Shown here: piece after piece, positions 10,074 through 19,738 of the stretch
Numbering within the stretch: position 1 is the stretch's first letter
Layout of the letters: each line of letters starts with the position of its first letter
NCBI GenBank assembly: GCA_963712535.1
Contig: CAVQIK010000019.1
Coordinates: 44,791 to 108,790 of the forward strand
DNA length: 64,000 bases
Origin: an uncultured delta proteobacterium
GTDB lineage: Bacteria; Desulfobacterota; SM23-61
Direction: 5' to 3'
Translations under genes and position numbers: made by a program
Notes under the pieces: model-generated
Seen by the model: the letters and a program-made list of their open reading frames with translations, nothing else
The model's database searches: none
Told to the model about the DNA's origin: nothing

Positions 10074-10394
10074 GAAGGTGTGAAAAAATTAAACCGATGA
10101 TGCATAACGCCTCTCTTGTTGTCCAGGGGACGGCAAAAATTTGCCGGCCAAAATCGGCGGGATGTTCTTATCTCCAATGGGTTCACCTAAGTTCCGCAAA
10201 GGAACGCCGGCAAATTCGGGGTAACCCAGGTAATTACATACATGATTTCCATTTTCCGTTGAAAAGTTCAGTACTCCGCGGGCAAAGAAGGAATCTGTGC
10301 CTCTTTTGGCCGGAAAATTTTTGCCGTCCCCTGGACATGGTACCACCCGCCAATTTCCATTCCCCTGGATTTTTTCACAGCTTCATAGAGGGGT
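10074..10394. mobile_element. Family A foldback element, copy A2
   Basis: Same termini as A1 (GAAGGTGTGAAAAAAT ... ATTTTTTCACAGCTTC). Stem 10120-10153 pairs with 10304-10337 (1 mismatch). The right flank AGAGGGGTTAGGGGAGATTTTG resembles a family P arm. Confidence 0.75.
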
Positions 10395-10465
10395 TAGGGG
10401 AGATTTTGAAAGACCATACCTGTCAATCATAAACTCCCTAGCAATTTCGGAAGGATTTCCTTCTT

Positions 10466-10772
10466 GGATCATCTCCCATATAGTTGAGGAAACAGGGCGG
10501 TATAGTTAAAAAGTCCTGTGATTCCAAGGGTCCGGAAGAAAAGCCAGATTGCGCCACAATCATGAGGCACGTATCCCCACTCGGTTCTGGCGGGGGTGTT
10601 CCTCTATCCTCTGAAACCCATGCCTTTCATGCCCCCGCTGCGCTTTACGGAAGACATTAGGTCCTGTAATCAAAGCTTTACCCCGCCAATGCTTGTGGCG
10701 CAATCTGCCTTTTCTTCCGAACCCTTGTGAGGCTTTCAATAAATATTCGATCAACTAAATGGGAGATGATCC
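10466..10772. mobile_element. Family B foldback element (MITE-like), copy B1
   Basis: Terminal inverted repeats GGATCATCTCCCATATAGTTGA / TCAACTAAATGGGAGATGATCC. Stem 10532-10559 pairs with 10693-10720. Alignable to B2 over its whole length, in the same orientation. Confidence 0.8.
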
Positions 10773-10840
10773 CTTTTTAAGGAGAGAGCCGCGGGAGCTT
10801 AGAAAAATCTCCAGCGGCTTGCAGAGAAAAAGTCGTGAAC

Positions 10841-11815
10841 CTATCTTTTGGGAAATGCAGCCTCCATTTTGGGGCCCACTTTTTCCTCAAAGAATTTGAT
10901 GTCCTCTTTCAGCATTTTCGCGTCTTTAAAAACCGGTTGGTAGACCATTCGTTTACAGAACTCGAGGTATTCCCGATCTTTGACCGCGTTTTCGACCGCC
11001 TTGGAAATTCGGTCGACAAGGCTTGGCGGTAAATTGGGCGGACCCCAAAAGTCATAGCTGATCGGGGGAATCACATCCATAAGACCCAACTCCTTGAAGG
11101 TGGGTACATCCGGCATCTCGGGTAAACGCTTGCCATAGGATACTGCCAGGCCTCTGGTTTTTCCGGCCCTGATGTTGGGATAAGCCTCGGGGGGCAAGCA
11201 GACCCGGTAATCGACGTGTCCTCCCAAAAGAGCGGTGCCGCTTGGGCCGCCCCCGGCGAAGGGGACGTACTTGACTTCAATACCCGCCGCTTTGGCAGTT
11301 TCAATGACGTTCAGGTTCATTACCCCCCCTGCACCCGGTCCCCCGCAGGTTAATTTCCCCGGGTTCTTCTTGGCAAAATTCACCAGATCCGCCCAGGTCT
11401 TAAAAGGGGAATCGGCGCGGACTTCGAAAAATCCATACGGCATATCCCCGCTCTGGGCGATAATCGTCAGTTTCTCCCAGATTTTGAAATCATAGGTTCC
11501 CGAATAAAAATAACCCATCAAGGCTCCGTGACTGGCGAAGAGCAGGGTGTGGCCGTCGGGTTCAGCCTTCATGACCTCCATGGTTCCCAGCTTGGTCGTC
11601 CCGGCCGGAATGTCTTCCACAACAATCGTTCCCTTTAACTCTTTCCCAAGCGGTTTCTGCAACGCCCGCGCGATAAGATCATTGGATCCGCCCGCAGAAA
11701 AAGGAACGATAACCCGGATAGGTTTGGTAGGAAAATTCTGCGCCAGCCCATCATTCAAGTGACCGAGTAGAAAAACAAAGGCCAAAACCCCTAAGAATAT
11801 CTTGCCGGCTTTCAT
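10841..11815 (-). CDS. tctC: TTT periplasmic substrate-binding protein, Bug/TctC family
   Basis: The track ORF runs 10841..11893. I prefer the ATG at 11815 (MKAGKIFLGVLAFVFLL signal peptide), which is preceded by AAGGAGGG. Bug/TctC blocks are present (FPTKPIRVIVPFSAGG, EPDGHTLL). Confidence 0.85.
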   Translation of the reverse strand: MKAGKIFLGVLAFVFLLGHLNDGLAQNFPTKPIRVIVPFSAGGSNDLIARALQKPLGKELKGTIVVEDIPAGTTKLGTMEVMKAEPDGHTLLFASHGALMGYFYSGTYDFKIWEKLTIIAQSGDMPYGFFEVRADSPFKTWADLVNFAKKNPGKLTCGGPGAGGVMNLNVIETAKAAGIEVKYVPFAGGGPSGTALLGGHVDYRVCLPPEAYPNIRAGKTRGLAVSYGKRLPEMPDVPTFKELGLMDVIPPISYDFWGPPNLPPSLVDRISKAVENAVKDREYLEFCKRMVYQPVFKDAKMLKEDIKFFEEKVGPKMEAAFPKR

Positions 11816-12222
11816 TGTCCCTCCTTTCCACACATTTAACCCTCCCGTGTAGTTTCCAATTCTCGTTACGATCCTCAAACCATGGTTGGCCATTCTTTCC
11901 TCCTAAGTATATTTTACCGATATGTTTCAGCCGCATTCACTTGATTCCACTGGAACGCATATTTTCTTCCGGTGAGAAAGGTTCTTGAGAATACAAAAGG
12001 AAATTGCCCCGGTCAAGCGTGAATTTTAGTCTGGATTTTAAGATAAAGGCGAAGGTGTTGCAAGGGAAAGCTTCCCGCGCCAAAGAGTCCTTTGGCAAAA
12101 TTAAAACCTTCCGTCGCGCCATAAACTTAGAGAAGCCCCTCACCTGAAAGGGGTCGGGCCGGCAAATTGCTCCTTGCCCTAAAAAGATGTTGATCCCTTT
12201 GTTTTTTTGGGTTAAAAGAAGT

Positions 12223-12532
12223 GGATCATCTCCAATTTAGTTGAAGGAAAATACGGCGGGACTGGTAAATTGTGCTGGGGTTCCAGGGGTCCGGAAGGAA
12301 AGGCAAATTCCGCCACAATCATGACGCACCTATCCGTTCATGGTTCTGGCGGGGGTGTTCTTCTGTCCTTCGAAGCAGGCCCGTTTAGGCCCCCGCTGCG
12401 CATCGCGGAGAGCCATTCGGTCCTTGGTACCGAAGCTTTATCCCGCCAATGCTTGTGTCGGAATTTGCCTTTCCTTCCGAACCCTTGTTAGGTTTTCAAG
12501 AAGAATTCGATCAACTAAATTGGAGATGATCC
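12223..12532. mobile_element. Family B foldback element, copy B2
   Basis: Terminal inverted repeats GGATCATCTCCAATTTAGTTGA / TCAACTAAATTGGAGATGATCC. Stem 12291-12318 pairs with 12453-12480. Ends 40 nt upstream of the deacetylase ATG. Confidence 0.8.
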
Positions 12533-12572
12533 AAAGAATTTAAGTCAATGAATTTTTGAGGAGAGGTGAATC

Positions 12573-13409
12573 ATGGCAAACAGTGTATGGCCGGATGGAA
12601 ATCAATGCTGCGTGTGCTTGAGTTTTGACGTGGATGCCGAATGGGTGCTTATGGGCAATGATCCCAAGGTTGCCGGCATGCCCCGGCGTCTTTCTCTGGG
12701 AAAATATGAATGGGACTCCAAAGCCCTGACCCGCATCCTGGACCTTCTGGATGAATACCGGATCAAAGGCACCTTTTTTGTGCCGGGAATCAATGCCGAG
12801 AATCATCCGGATTTCATGCAGGCCTTCCACTCCCGCGGCCACGAGGTCGCCTGTCATAACTGGAAGCACGAGAATATTGCCGGCCTTACCAAGGAAGAGG
12901 AAAGGGAAAGGCTCCTCTTGACCGTCAAGGCCATCGAAAAGGCTATCGGGAAGAAGCCGGTGGGCAATCGGACCGCCGGAGGGGACCTGTCTCCTAACAC
13001 CCTGGACCTTTTATGGGAAAATGGGTTCCTCTATGACTCCAGCCTGAGGAACAACGACATGCCGTACCGCCTCAAGCAACCGGGCTCGGCAACCGAAGAC
13101 GGCCTGGTCGTTGTCCCCTCGTACTATGATATGGATGACTTCCATCTCTTCGCCGACTATCCCGGCGTTCCGGCGTACCACGCCCGCATGTTAAGCCCTC
13201 AGGCGGGTTACGAGATGTGGACGACGGCTTTCGACGGGTTTTATAAATTCGGTTTGTGTTACATGACCATGTTCCACCCCCAGATTATCGGGAAACCGGG
13301 GTGTATCATGCTTTTGGACCGCGTGTTGAATTATATCAAGAAGTTCCCTCGGATCTGGTTTGCCACGGCCGAAGAAATCGCCCGGTACTGGGCTGAGAAA
13401 AGACGGTAA
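12573..13409 (+). CDS. Polysaccharide deacetylase (NodB homology / PuuE-like) family protein
   Basis: 278 aa. FDVDAE, KGTFFVPG and HEVACHNWKHE blocks are typical of the NodB-fold divalent-metal deacetylase/amidohydrolase family. Confidence 0.8.
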   Translation: MANSVWPDGNQCCVCLSFDVDAEWVLMGNDPKVAGMPRRLSLGKYEWDSKALTRILDLLDEYRIKGTFFVPGINAENHPDFMQAFHSRGHEVACHNWKHENIAGLTKEEERERLLLTVKAIEKAIGKKPVGNRTAGGDLSPNTLDLLWENGFLYDSSLRNNDMPYRLKQPGSATEDGLVVVPSYYDMDDFHLFADYPGVPAYHARMLSPQAGYEMWTTAFDGFYKFGLCYMTMFHPQIIGKPGCIMLLDRVLNYIKKFPRIWFATAEEIARYWAEKRR

Positions 13410-13539
13410 TCGTTATCACTTGGCGACTCGCGGTAATCCAGCGTTCCCCGTCCCCTTTTCCCCTTTTCATAAAGAAAGGAAAGAGCGGTCCAACAGGAGG
13501 AACTGAAGGGATTATCTTTAAATAGGTTGGAGGAAAGGA

Positions 13540-14646
13540 ATGGAAAGCAGAAAACTCAGGAAAGTGATCATATCGGGAGACCCTGCCTCCCGGGGGGTTC
13601 AGTATGGCGAGAAGGCCAGGGACCTGATCAAGAGGAGCATAGAAATTTACCATCACGCCTTTTTGGAAGTTGCCGAAGTGTCCTGGGATAAAGTGTTGGA
13701 TTTCGCCAAGACCTTTGTCCCCGGGATCCGGAAATACGACGATACCGTCATGGAGGAAGTCAGGGGGATGGCCAAGGGCTCCGGCTTTGCCCCCGAGGAA
13801 ATACTGGCCGTCAATCTGAGGACAGAGATTCTTTTTGGCCTGCTCCAGAAGAAGGCCAGGGAAGGATGCACCGCCTTTTGTGCTTTGCCGCCGGCGACCA
13901 CCCAGGGGCATACGATCCTGGCCCAGAACTGGGATTACAAGCCCTTTGCCGCCGAGACGGAGATGCTGCTCCAGATCCATCAGAAAAATGCCCCCGATAT
14001 CCTGACCCTGGTCGAGGCGGGCCAATTCACCCGCATGGGCATGAACAGCGCCGGGCTTGGCTTCTGCAATAACTTCATCCAGTGCGCCGGCGACGGCAGC
14101 AACATGGAAAAGGGGATTCCCACCCCTCTGATCCGCCGCAAGGCCCTCGGGCAGGATAAGTATTACGGGGTCCTCGGGACGATCATCCATTCGCCCCGCT
14201 CTTTTTCGGCGAACTATCTCGTGGCCACGGCGGAAAAGGACGGGGATGCCATCAACATCGAGGCGACCCCCGAAACCGCCTACTTTCTTTTCCCGCAGGA
14301 CGGGCTGGTCGTGCACTCCAACCATATTAAAGGAGCCGGCCCGGGCTATTACGGGCACATGCGGATCGGCATCGAGAACAGCATTTACCGGGACCGCCGG
14401 CTGGAGAGCTTACTGCGAAAGAAAATCGGGAAGATCGGCCCGCAGGAGGCTATGGAGGCTTTCCAGGACCATTTCGGATTCCCCTATTCCATCTGCCGCC
14501 ACCCCGATGAGAAACAACGGGCCACCGATCAGTGGCGGAGCAATGCTTCGGTCATCATGGATTTAACGGCCAGGGTCATGTGGGTGGCCGGGGGCCCACC
14601 CTGCCAGTTTGAATATTCGAAGTACACCTTCGATGGCCATGAGTAG
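13540..14646 (+). CDS. Peptidase C45 family Ntn-hydrolase (acyl-CoA:6-aminopenicillanic acid acyltransferase-like)
   Basis: 368 aa. EGCTAFCALP...ILAQNWDY matches the C45 self-processing site and nucleophile Cys context. Confidence 0.75.
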   Translation: MESRKLRKVIISGDPASRGVQYGEKARDLIKRSIEIYHHAFLEVAEVSWDKVLDFAKTFVPGIRKYDDTVMEEVRGMAKGSGFAPEEILAVNLRTEILFGLLQKKAREGCTAFCALPPATTQGHTILAQNWDYKPFAAETEMLLQIHQKNAPDILTLVEAGQFTRMGMNSAGLGFCNNFIQCAGDGSNMEKGIPTPLIRRKALGQDKYYGVLGTIIHSPRSFSANYLVATAEKDGDAINIEATPETAYFLFPQDGLVVHSNHIKGAGPGYYGHMRIGIENSIYRDRRLESLLRKKIGKIGPQEAMEAFQDHFGFPYSICRHPDEKQRATDQWRSNASVIMDLTARVMWVAGGPPCQFEYSKYTFDGHE

Positions 14647-14871
14647 GGCTTAAAAAATCCCTCATCGCCGCCAATTTGCGGTAGGTAAAAGAATGCTCCG
14701 GGTGAATCTGCGTCGTCGATGATGCGCGGATTCTTTCCCGGCGGGAAGGTTATCCGGAGATCCCCCAAGGAAGAACGGGATAGGAGAAAAGCGGGATTCG
14801 AAACCCGGCTTCGCGCAAAATTCGGCAAAGTAGATGAACCGAAGGAAACTGCGGACCCGGAAAGGGAAAAT

Positions 14872-15732
14872 ATGTTCATCGTCACTTTGAATGCGATCAT
14901 CAACGGGTTGCTGTACGGATCCATTTGGGGGATTATCGCCCTCGGGTTCACTCTCGTTTTCGGGGTCATGGACTTCGTGAATTTCGCCCAGGGGTTTTTC
15001 GTCATCCTCCCCGCCTTTTTCTCTTATTTCCTCTTTGTCAGCTGGGGGATTGACCCGTACCTGTCCTTACTGCTCATCATGCCGCTCAGTTTCGGGCTGG
15101 GTTTGCTGGTATATAAATACGTGGGGGTTCGGCTTCTGGACGAGCCCCATTCGGCGCACATCGTCGTGACCCTGGGGCTTTGTTTCTTTATCGAGAACCT
15201 CCTTTTGCTGGTCGCCGGGGGGGACTTGCGCAATGCGGTGACCTCCTATACTTCGGACACCATCCACTGGGGATGGATGATGATGAGCTACCCGCGGTTT
15301 TGGGCCAGCGTCGTTGCCTGGGTCTGTGTCTTCCTTCTCTTCCTGTTTCTGAAATATACGGACACGGGGCGATCCATGCGGGCGGCCGCGGACAACCGCG
15401 AAGGGGCGAGGATCGTCGGGATCCACGTGGACCGGGTCTACCTGGTCGCCTTCGGGGTCAGCATTTTGATCGCCGGCATCGCCGGAGCGGTGATTACTCC
15501 TTTTTATTTGATAAATCCTTTTACGGGCATGGATTTTTTGGGGAAGGCCTTTGCCGCCGTTATTATCGGGGGCCTGGGCAGCATTCCCGGGGCCATGGTC
15601 GGGGGCTTGATCATCGGTGTCGTGGAATCGATTGCCGGGGTATTCTTCAAAGCCTCCCTGGGCAACGCCGTCACTTTTTTTATCATGATCCTGGTGTTGA
15701 TCTTTAAACCCAACGGATTATTCGGCGAATGA
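14872..15732 (+). CDS. Branched-chain amino acid-type ABC transporter permease (LivH family), set 1
   Basis: The track ORF starts at 14719. The ATG at 14872 (MFIVTLNAIINGLLYGSIWGIIALGFTLVFG) gives the conserved LivH N-terminus. Confidence 0.85.
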   Translation: MFIVTLNAIINGLLYGSIWGIIALGFTLVFGVMDFVNFAQGFFVILPAFFSYFLFVSWGIDPYLSLLLIMPLSFGLGLLVYKYVGVRLLDEPHSAHIVVTLGLCFFIENLLLLVAGGDLRNAVTSYTSDTIHWGWMMMSYPRFWASVVAWVCVFLLFLFLKYTDTGRSMRAAADNREGARIVGIHVDRVYLVAFGVSILIAGIAGAVITPFYLINPFTGMDFLGKAFAAVIIGGLGSIPGAMVGGLIIGVVESIAGVFFKASLGNAVTFFIMILVLIFKPNGLFGE

Positions 15733-15751
15733 GAAAAGCATTGAGGAGCAA

Positions 15752-16741
15752 ATGAGCAACGTGTCGCGGACCAGAAAGCCTTATTATTACCTCGGCGGAG
15801 CGGTCATCCTGCTGTTCCTGCCCTTGGTCATGAATGATCACCTCCTCACGGTCGCCATCACCGGTTTTATGTGGGCCTATTTGTGCCTGTGCTGGAACCT
15901 GATCTTCGGCTTCGCCGGGCAGTTTTCCCTGGGCCACGCTTTGTTCTGGGGAATCGGCGCCTATACCTCGACCGTCCTTTTCGTGAATTACGGTTTGACC
16001 CCCTGGGTGGGAATCTTCGTCGGGGGCCTCTTTTCCGCAATCGCGGCCTGGCTGATCAGCCTGGTGGTATTAAGGTACCGGGTGAAAGGGGTGTATTTTG
16101 CCCTCATGACGCTGGCCTTCGCCGAAGTATTCATGGGTCTGGCCTTGAACTGGGATTATATCCGCGGCCCGGTCGGGATTCTCCTGCCGATGAAGAATTC
16201 GCCCGGAAACCTCTTTTTTATGGCTCGCGCTCCTTACTATTATTTTATACTGGGGTTATTGTGCCTGGGTTTGGGGGTCACCTACGGGATTCAGAAAAGC
16301 AAACTGGGCTACTATCTGAAGGCCCTCCGCGAAGACGAGGAAGCGGCCGAGGTCAGCGGGGTGCCCACCTCCCGGTATAAAAGTCTGGCCATGATTATCA
16401 GTGCTTTTTTGACGGCCCTCGGGGGCACCTTTTACGCCCAATTTTTCCTGTATATCTCCCCGGAAATCATGTTCGGGTTTGGCAGCCAGATGGCCATGAT
16501 GATCGGTACCATGGTCGGGGGGACGGGGACACTGCTGGGTCCGGTTTTGGGGTCTTTGGTTTTCAGCTTCCTGGGGGAACTCCTGCGGAGTCTCCCCCTG
16601 GCCCACAGCCGCGAGATCGTCACGGTTGAACGCATGATCTGGGCCTTAGTCCTTATCGTGGTGATCTTTTACCTGCCCGGCGGGCTTGTCACCCTGGGGG
16701 ACAGGGTTAGAACGCGAAGAGGAAAGCCCGGAAAATCATAA
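15752..16741 (+). CDS. ABC transporter permease (LivM family), set 1
   Basis: 329 aa. LCWNLIFGFAGQFSLGHALFWGIGAYT is a LivM signature. Confidence 0.85.
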   Translation: MSNVSRTRKPYYYLGGAVILLFLPLVMNDHLLTVAITGFMWAYLCLCWNLIFGFAGQFSLGHALFWGIGAYTSTVLFVNYGLTPWVGIFVGGLFSAIAAWLISLVVLRYRVKGVYFALMTLAFAEVFMGLALNWDYIRGPVGILLPMKNSPGNLFFMARAPYYYFILGLLCLGLGVTYGIQKSKLGYYLKALREDEEAAEVSGVPTSRYKSLAMIISAFLTALGGTFYAQFFLYISPEIMFGFGSQMAMMIGTMVGGTGTLLGPVLGSLVFSFLGELLRSLPLAHSREIVTVERMIWALVLIVVIFYLPGGLVTLGDRVRTRRGKPGKS

Positions 16742-16756
16742 GGAAGGAGATGGAGC

Positions 16757-18001
16757 ATGCAAGAGAGGAAACTGAAAGGCTGGGCCATGGTTGCCGCCCT
16801 ATGCGTTTTGCTGGGGGGAAGTTTTTCTTTTGGGGCCGGCAAGGCCCTGGGCGCCGCCAACGAGGTTGTGGTGGCGGGGGTTCTTCCCTTAACCGGGACC
16901 AACGCCTCCTGGGGAATCCGTAATGACCGGGGAATACGCTACGTCGTTGATTGGGTCAATGCCCACGGGGGGATTAAATCCCTGAAGGGGGCGAAATTCA
17001 AATATGTATCCGCCGACACGGAAAGCAAAGCCGATGTGGCCGGATCGCAGACCGAGAAGATGGTATCTGAAAACGTGTCCTGTGTTTTCGGCTGTAATCA
17101 AAGCCCCGCCACTCTGGTGGCCAGCCAGGTGACCGAAAGAAAGGGGATCCCCCTCATCAGTGTTTCCGACTACGACCCGCTGATCACGGGGAGAGGCTTC
17201 AAGTATATTTTCCGCACGGTCCCCGTCATGGATAAGATCGCGGTCTCGGTGCTGACGTTTGCCCAGGCCATGAATAAGAGCCAGAATACCAAATTCACGA
17301 AAGTGGGTATTTTATGCGAAGATTCCATCGTCGGGGACAGCGCGGCCAAGGCCCTGGAGAAGTATACGAAGGAGATCGGTTACACGGTCGTCGATGTAGT
17401 CAAATATAATGCCGCGACCACCCGGGACTTTACCGGGGTGCTTTCCCGGTACAAGGCCCAGGGAGTGGAACTCGTCGTGGGTCATAATCGACCGGCCGAT
17501 TCGATCCAGATTGTCCGGAACATGAAGGAGAGTGGTTTCAACCCGGCCATGATCGGGGGCATCGGCGGCGGATGGGTAGCCCCGGAATTCCTGCGCAACC
17601 TGGGTCCTCTCTCCGAAGGGGTTATCATCGCCTCCTCGGAGACTCCGGACGTAAAAGTGGGCAAGTTTGCCGACCTCAAGAAGGAATATGAAGAAAAATA
17701 CAAGGAAGAGATGCCCTCCACCTTTATCGGAGGAATCAGCGGGGCGTGGCTCCTCTACCGGGCCGTCGAACAATGTGCTTCCACCGATCCCAAGGTGATC
17801 GCGAAGACCCTGCATTCCATCGAGGTCAAATACGGGGACGGGTTTTACTTCCAGCAATTCGGGTGTAAATTTGACGAGAAGGGGGACAACACCCTTGCTT
17901 CGGCCGTTATCTTCCAGGTTCAAAACAATTTAAGGGTGAGCGTATTCCCCGCGGAATTCGCGAACCATAAACCCATTTGGCCGAAGCCCGCTTTTAAATA
18001 A
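16757..18001 (+). CDS. ABC transporter periplasmic substrate-binding protein (Leu/Ile/Val-binding protein family), set 1
   Basis: 414 aa with a signal peptide and type I PBP pattern (VVAGVLPLTG...). Confidence 0.85.
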   Translation: MQERKLKGWAMVAALCVLLGGSFSFGAGKALGAANEVVVAGVLPLTGTNASWGIRNDRGIRYVVDWVNAHGGIKSLKGAKFKYVSADTESKADVAGSQTEKMVSENVSCVFGCNQSPATLVASQVTERKGIPLISVSDYDPLITGRGFKYIFRTVPVMDKIAVSVLTFAQAMNKSQNTKFTKVGILCEDSIVGDSAAKALEKYTKEIGYTVVDVVKYNAATTRDFTGVLSRYKAQGVELVVGHNRPADSIQIVRNMKESGFNPAMIGGIGGGWVAPEFLRNLGPLSEGVIIASSETPDVKVGKFADLKKEYEEKYKEEMPSTFIGGISGAWLLYRAVEQCASTDPKVIAKTLHSIEVKYGDGFYFQQFGCKFDEKGDNTLASAVIFQVQNNLRVSVFPAEFANHKPIWPKPAFK

Positions 18002-18103
18002 AGTTGGTCTCCGGTCCGTTTTTCTTCTCGCCCGGGCCGCGAGGGAATCGATAGTAACGCAGGCGAAGAAACAGGGAATCCGGTCCCATTCCTCAGGTGA
18101 CAT

Positions 18104-18832
18104 ATGAGCGCTTTGCTCGAAGTACAAGGCTTGACAAAATTTTTCAAGGGCCTCAGGGCGCTCTATGATGTGAGTTTTGCCGTCGAGGAAAAGGAGATCT
18201 TCGGACTGATCGGGCCCAACGGGTCGGGCAAAACCACGATGTTCAACATGATCAGCGGTCTGTATATTCCCAGCGGGGGGTCCATTTCTTTCAAGAGCGT
18301 AAATATTACCGGACTGCAGCCGAACCGGATTTGCCACCTGGGGATCGGCCGTACCTTCCAGATAACCAAACCTTTTTTGAAGCTGACCGTGCTGGAAAAT
18401 GTCATGATCGGCGCCTTGAACCGCACGCGCTCTGTTTCCGAGGCCGAAAAGAATGCCCGGGAGATCCTGGCCCAGATGGGCCTCGAAGATAAGGCCCAAA
18501 CCCAGGGGAAAACCCTTTCGGTTCCGGAAAGAAAAAGGCTGGAGCTTGCCCGGGCCCTGGCCACGCAGCCCCAGCTGCTGCTCCTGGATGAAGTGATGGC
18601 CGGCCTGACCCCATCCGAATTGAACGAAATGATCGCGGTTCTCAGAGGAATCCGCCAAAGGGGGATCACGATCTTTATTGTCGAACACATCATGCACGCC
18701 ATTATGGCGATCTCCCAGCGGATCATGGTTTTGCACCATGGTGAGATGATTGCCCTTGGACCTCCGGCGGAAATTGTGCGCAATGAGAGGGTGGTTGAAG
18801 CCTACCTGGGGGAGGAGTTCAATCTTGCTTGA
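18104..18832 (+). CDS. ABC transporter ATP-binding protein (LivG family), set 1
   Basis: Walker A GPNGSGKTT, signature and Walker B LLLLDEV. Confidence 0.9.
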   Translation: MSALLEVQGLTKFFKGLRALYDVSFAVEEKEIFGLIGPNGSGKTTMFNMISGLYIPSGGSISFKSVNITGLQPNRICHLGIGRTFQITKPFLKLTVLENVMIGALNRTRSVSEAEKNAREILAQMGLEDKAQTQGKTLSVPERKRLELARALATQPQLLLLDEVMAGLTPSELNEMIAVLRGIRQRGITIFIVEHIMHAIMAISQRIMVLHHGEMIALGPPAEIVRNERVVEAYLGEEFNLA

Positions 18833-19532
18833 GATTGGCGGGATCGACGTTTATTACGGTGACATCCGTATTCTCCAGGATATTTCATTTACCGTGGTCG
18901 AAGGGGAGATGGTTTCCATCGTCGGCAGCAACGGAGTCGGAAAAACCACCCTGATGAAAACCATCAGCGGTTTGATCCGGCCGGAAAAGGGATCCATCTT
19001 GTTTGAGAGCTATCCCATCGACCGGGCCCGGACAGATGAAATTGTTGAGAGGGGACTCGTTCAAGTCCCTGAGGGCCGGAAACTCTTCGGGAAACTAACG
19101 GTTTGGGAGAACCTCGAGTTGGGGGGGATTAACGGAAGAGCCAAACCCCACCGCAGGGAGACCATGAGCAGGATCTTTCATCTATTTCCCGTTCTGCAAG
19201 AGCGGAAATCCCAAAAAGCCGGAACGCTGAGCGGCGGCGAGCAGCAGATGCTTTGTATCGGCCGCGGCCTCATGGCACTGCCCCGGCTGCTCATGCTGGA
19301 TGAGCCTTCCCTGGGCTTGGCCCCGCGCCTGATCAAGGAGATCTTCGACACCATTCGCAGCCTCAATCACGACGAGAAGATAACCATTCTCCTGGTGGAA
19401 CAGAATCTGAAAGCTTCGCTTCAGATGTCCCACCGGGGATATGTTCTGGAAAACGGGCGGATTGTTTTACAGGGAACGGGAAAAGAACTTTTGGAGGACG
19501 AGCATACCAGGAAGGCTTATCTGGGGATGTAA
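18825..19532 (+). CDS. ABC transporter ATP-binding protein (LivF family), set 1
   Basis: The conserved N-terminus LLEIGGIDVYYG begins at TTG 18825 and overlaps the livG-like stop. Walker A GSNGVGKTT, signature LSGGEQQML. The track ORF starts at 18750. Confidence 0.85.
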   Translation: MLEIGGIDVYYGDIRILQDISFTVVEGEMVSIVGSNGVGKTTLMKTISGLIRPEKGSILFESYPIDRARTDEIVERGLVQVPEGRKLFGKLTVWENLELGGINGRAKPHRRETMSRIFHLFPVLQERKSQKAGTLSGGEQQMLCIGRGLMALPRLLMLDEPSLGLAPRLIKEIFDTIRSLNHDEKITILLVEQNLKASLQMSHRGYVLENGRIVLQGTGKELLEDEHTRKAYLGM

Positions 19533-19571
19533 ACAGCCTTAGGGCTTATCCTTAAATAAGCTCCTGAGCTT

Positions 19572-19658
19572 AAATCCCCCTTTGAAAAAGGGGGACATAG
19601 GGGGATTTGCTTTATATTACTTTGGGAAAATCCCCCCAACCCCCCTTTACAAAGGGGG
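19572..19658. repeat. Family P C/G-tract palindrome, doublet (copy 3)
   Basis: AAATCCCCCTTTGAAAAAGGGGGACATAGGGGGATTT ... AAAATCCCCCCAACCCCCCTTTACAAAGGGGG, located between the livF-like gene and the D-aminoacylase gene. Confidence 0.85.
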
Positions 19659-19738
19659 AATATTATTTACGGATAAGTTCCTAATACCTTTGCCTTTCAA
19701 GGCCGGTTATTTTGGAGGGATCAGGAGGAGAGGATTCA

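Noticed and set aside
7404-12543. ORFs inside family A/B elements (7404..7649, the tail of 9725..10432, 10560..10754, 12270..12491, 12340..12543) as small proteins
   Set aside because: The reading frames are not conserved between copies: they fall on different strands or frames and are interrupted. The similarity is explained at the nucleotide and structure level.
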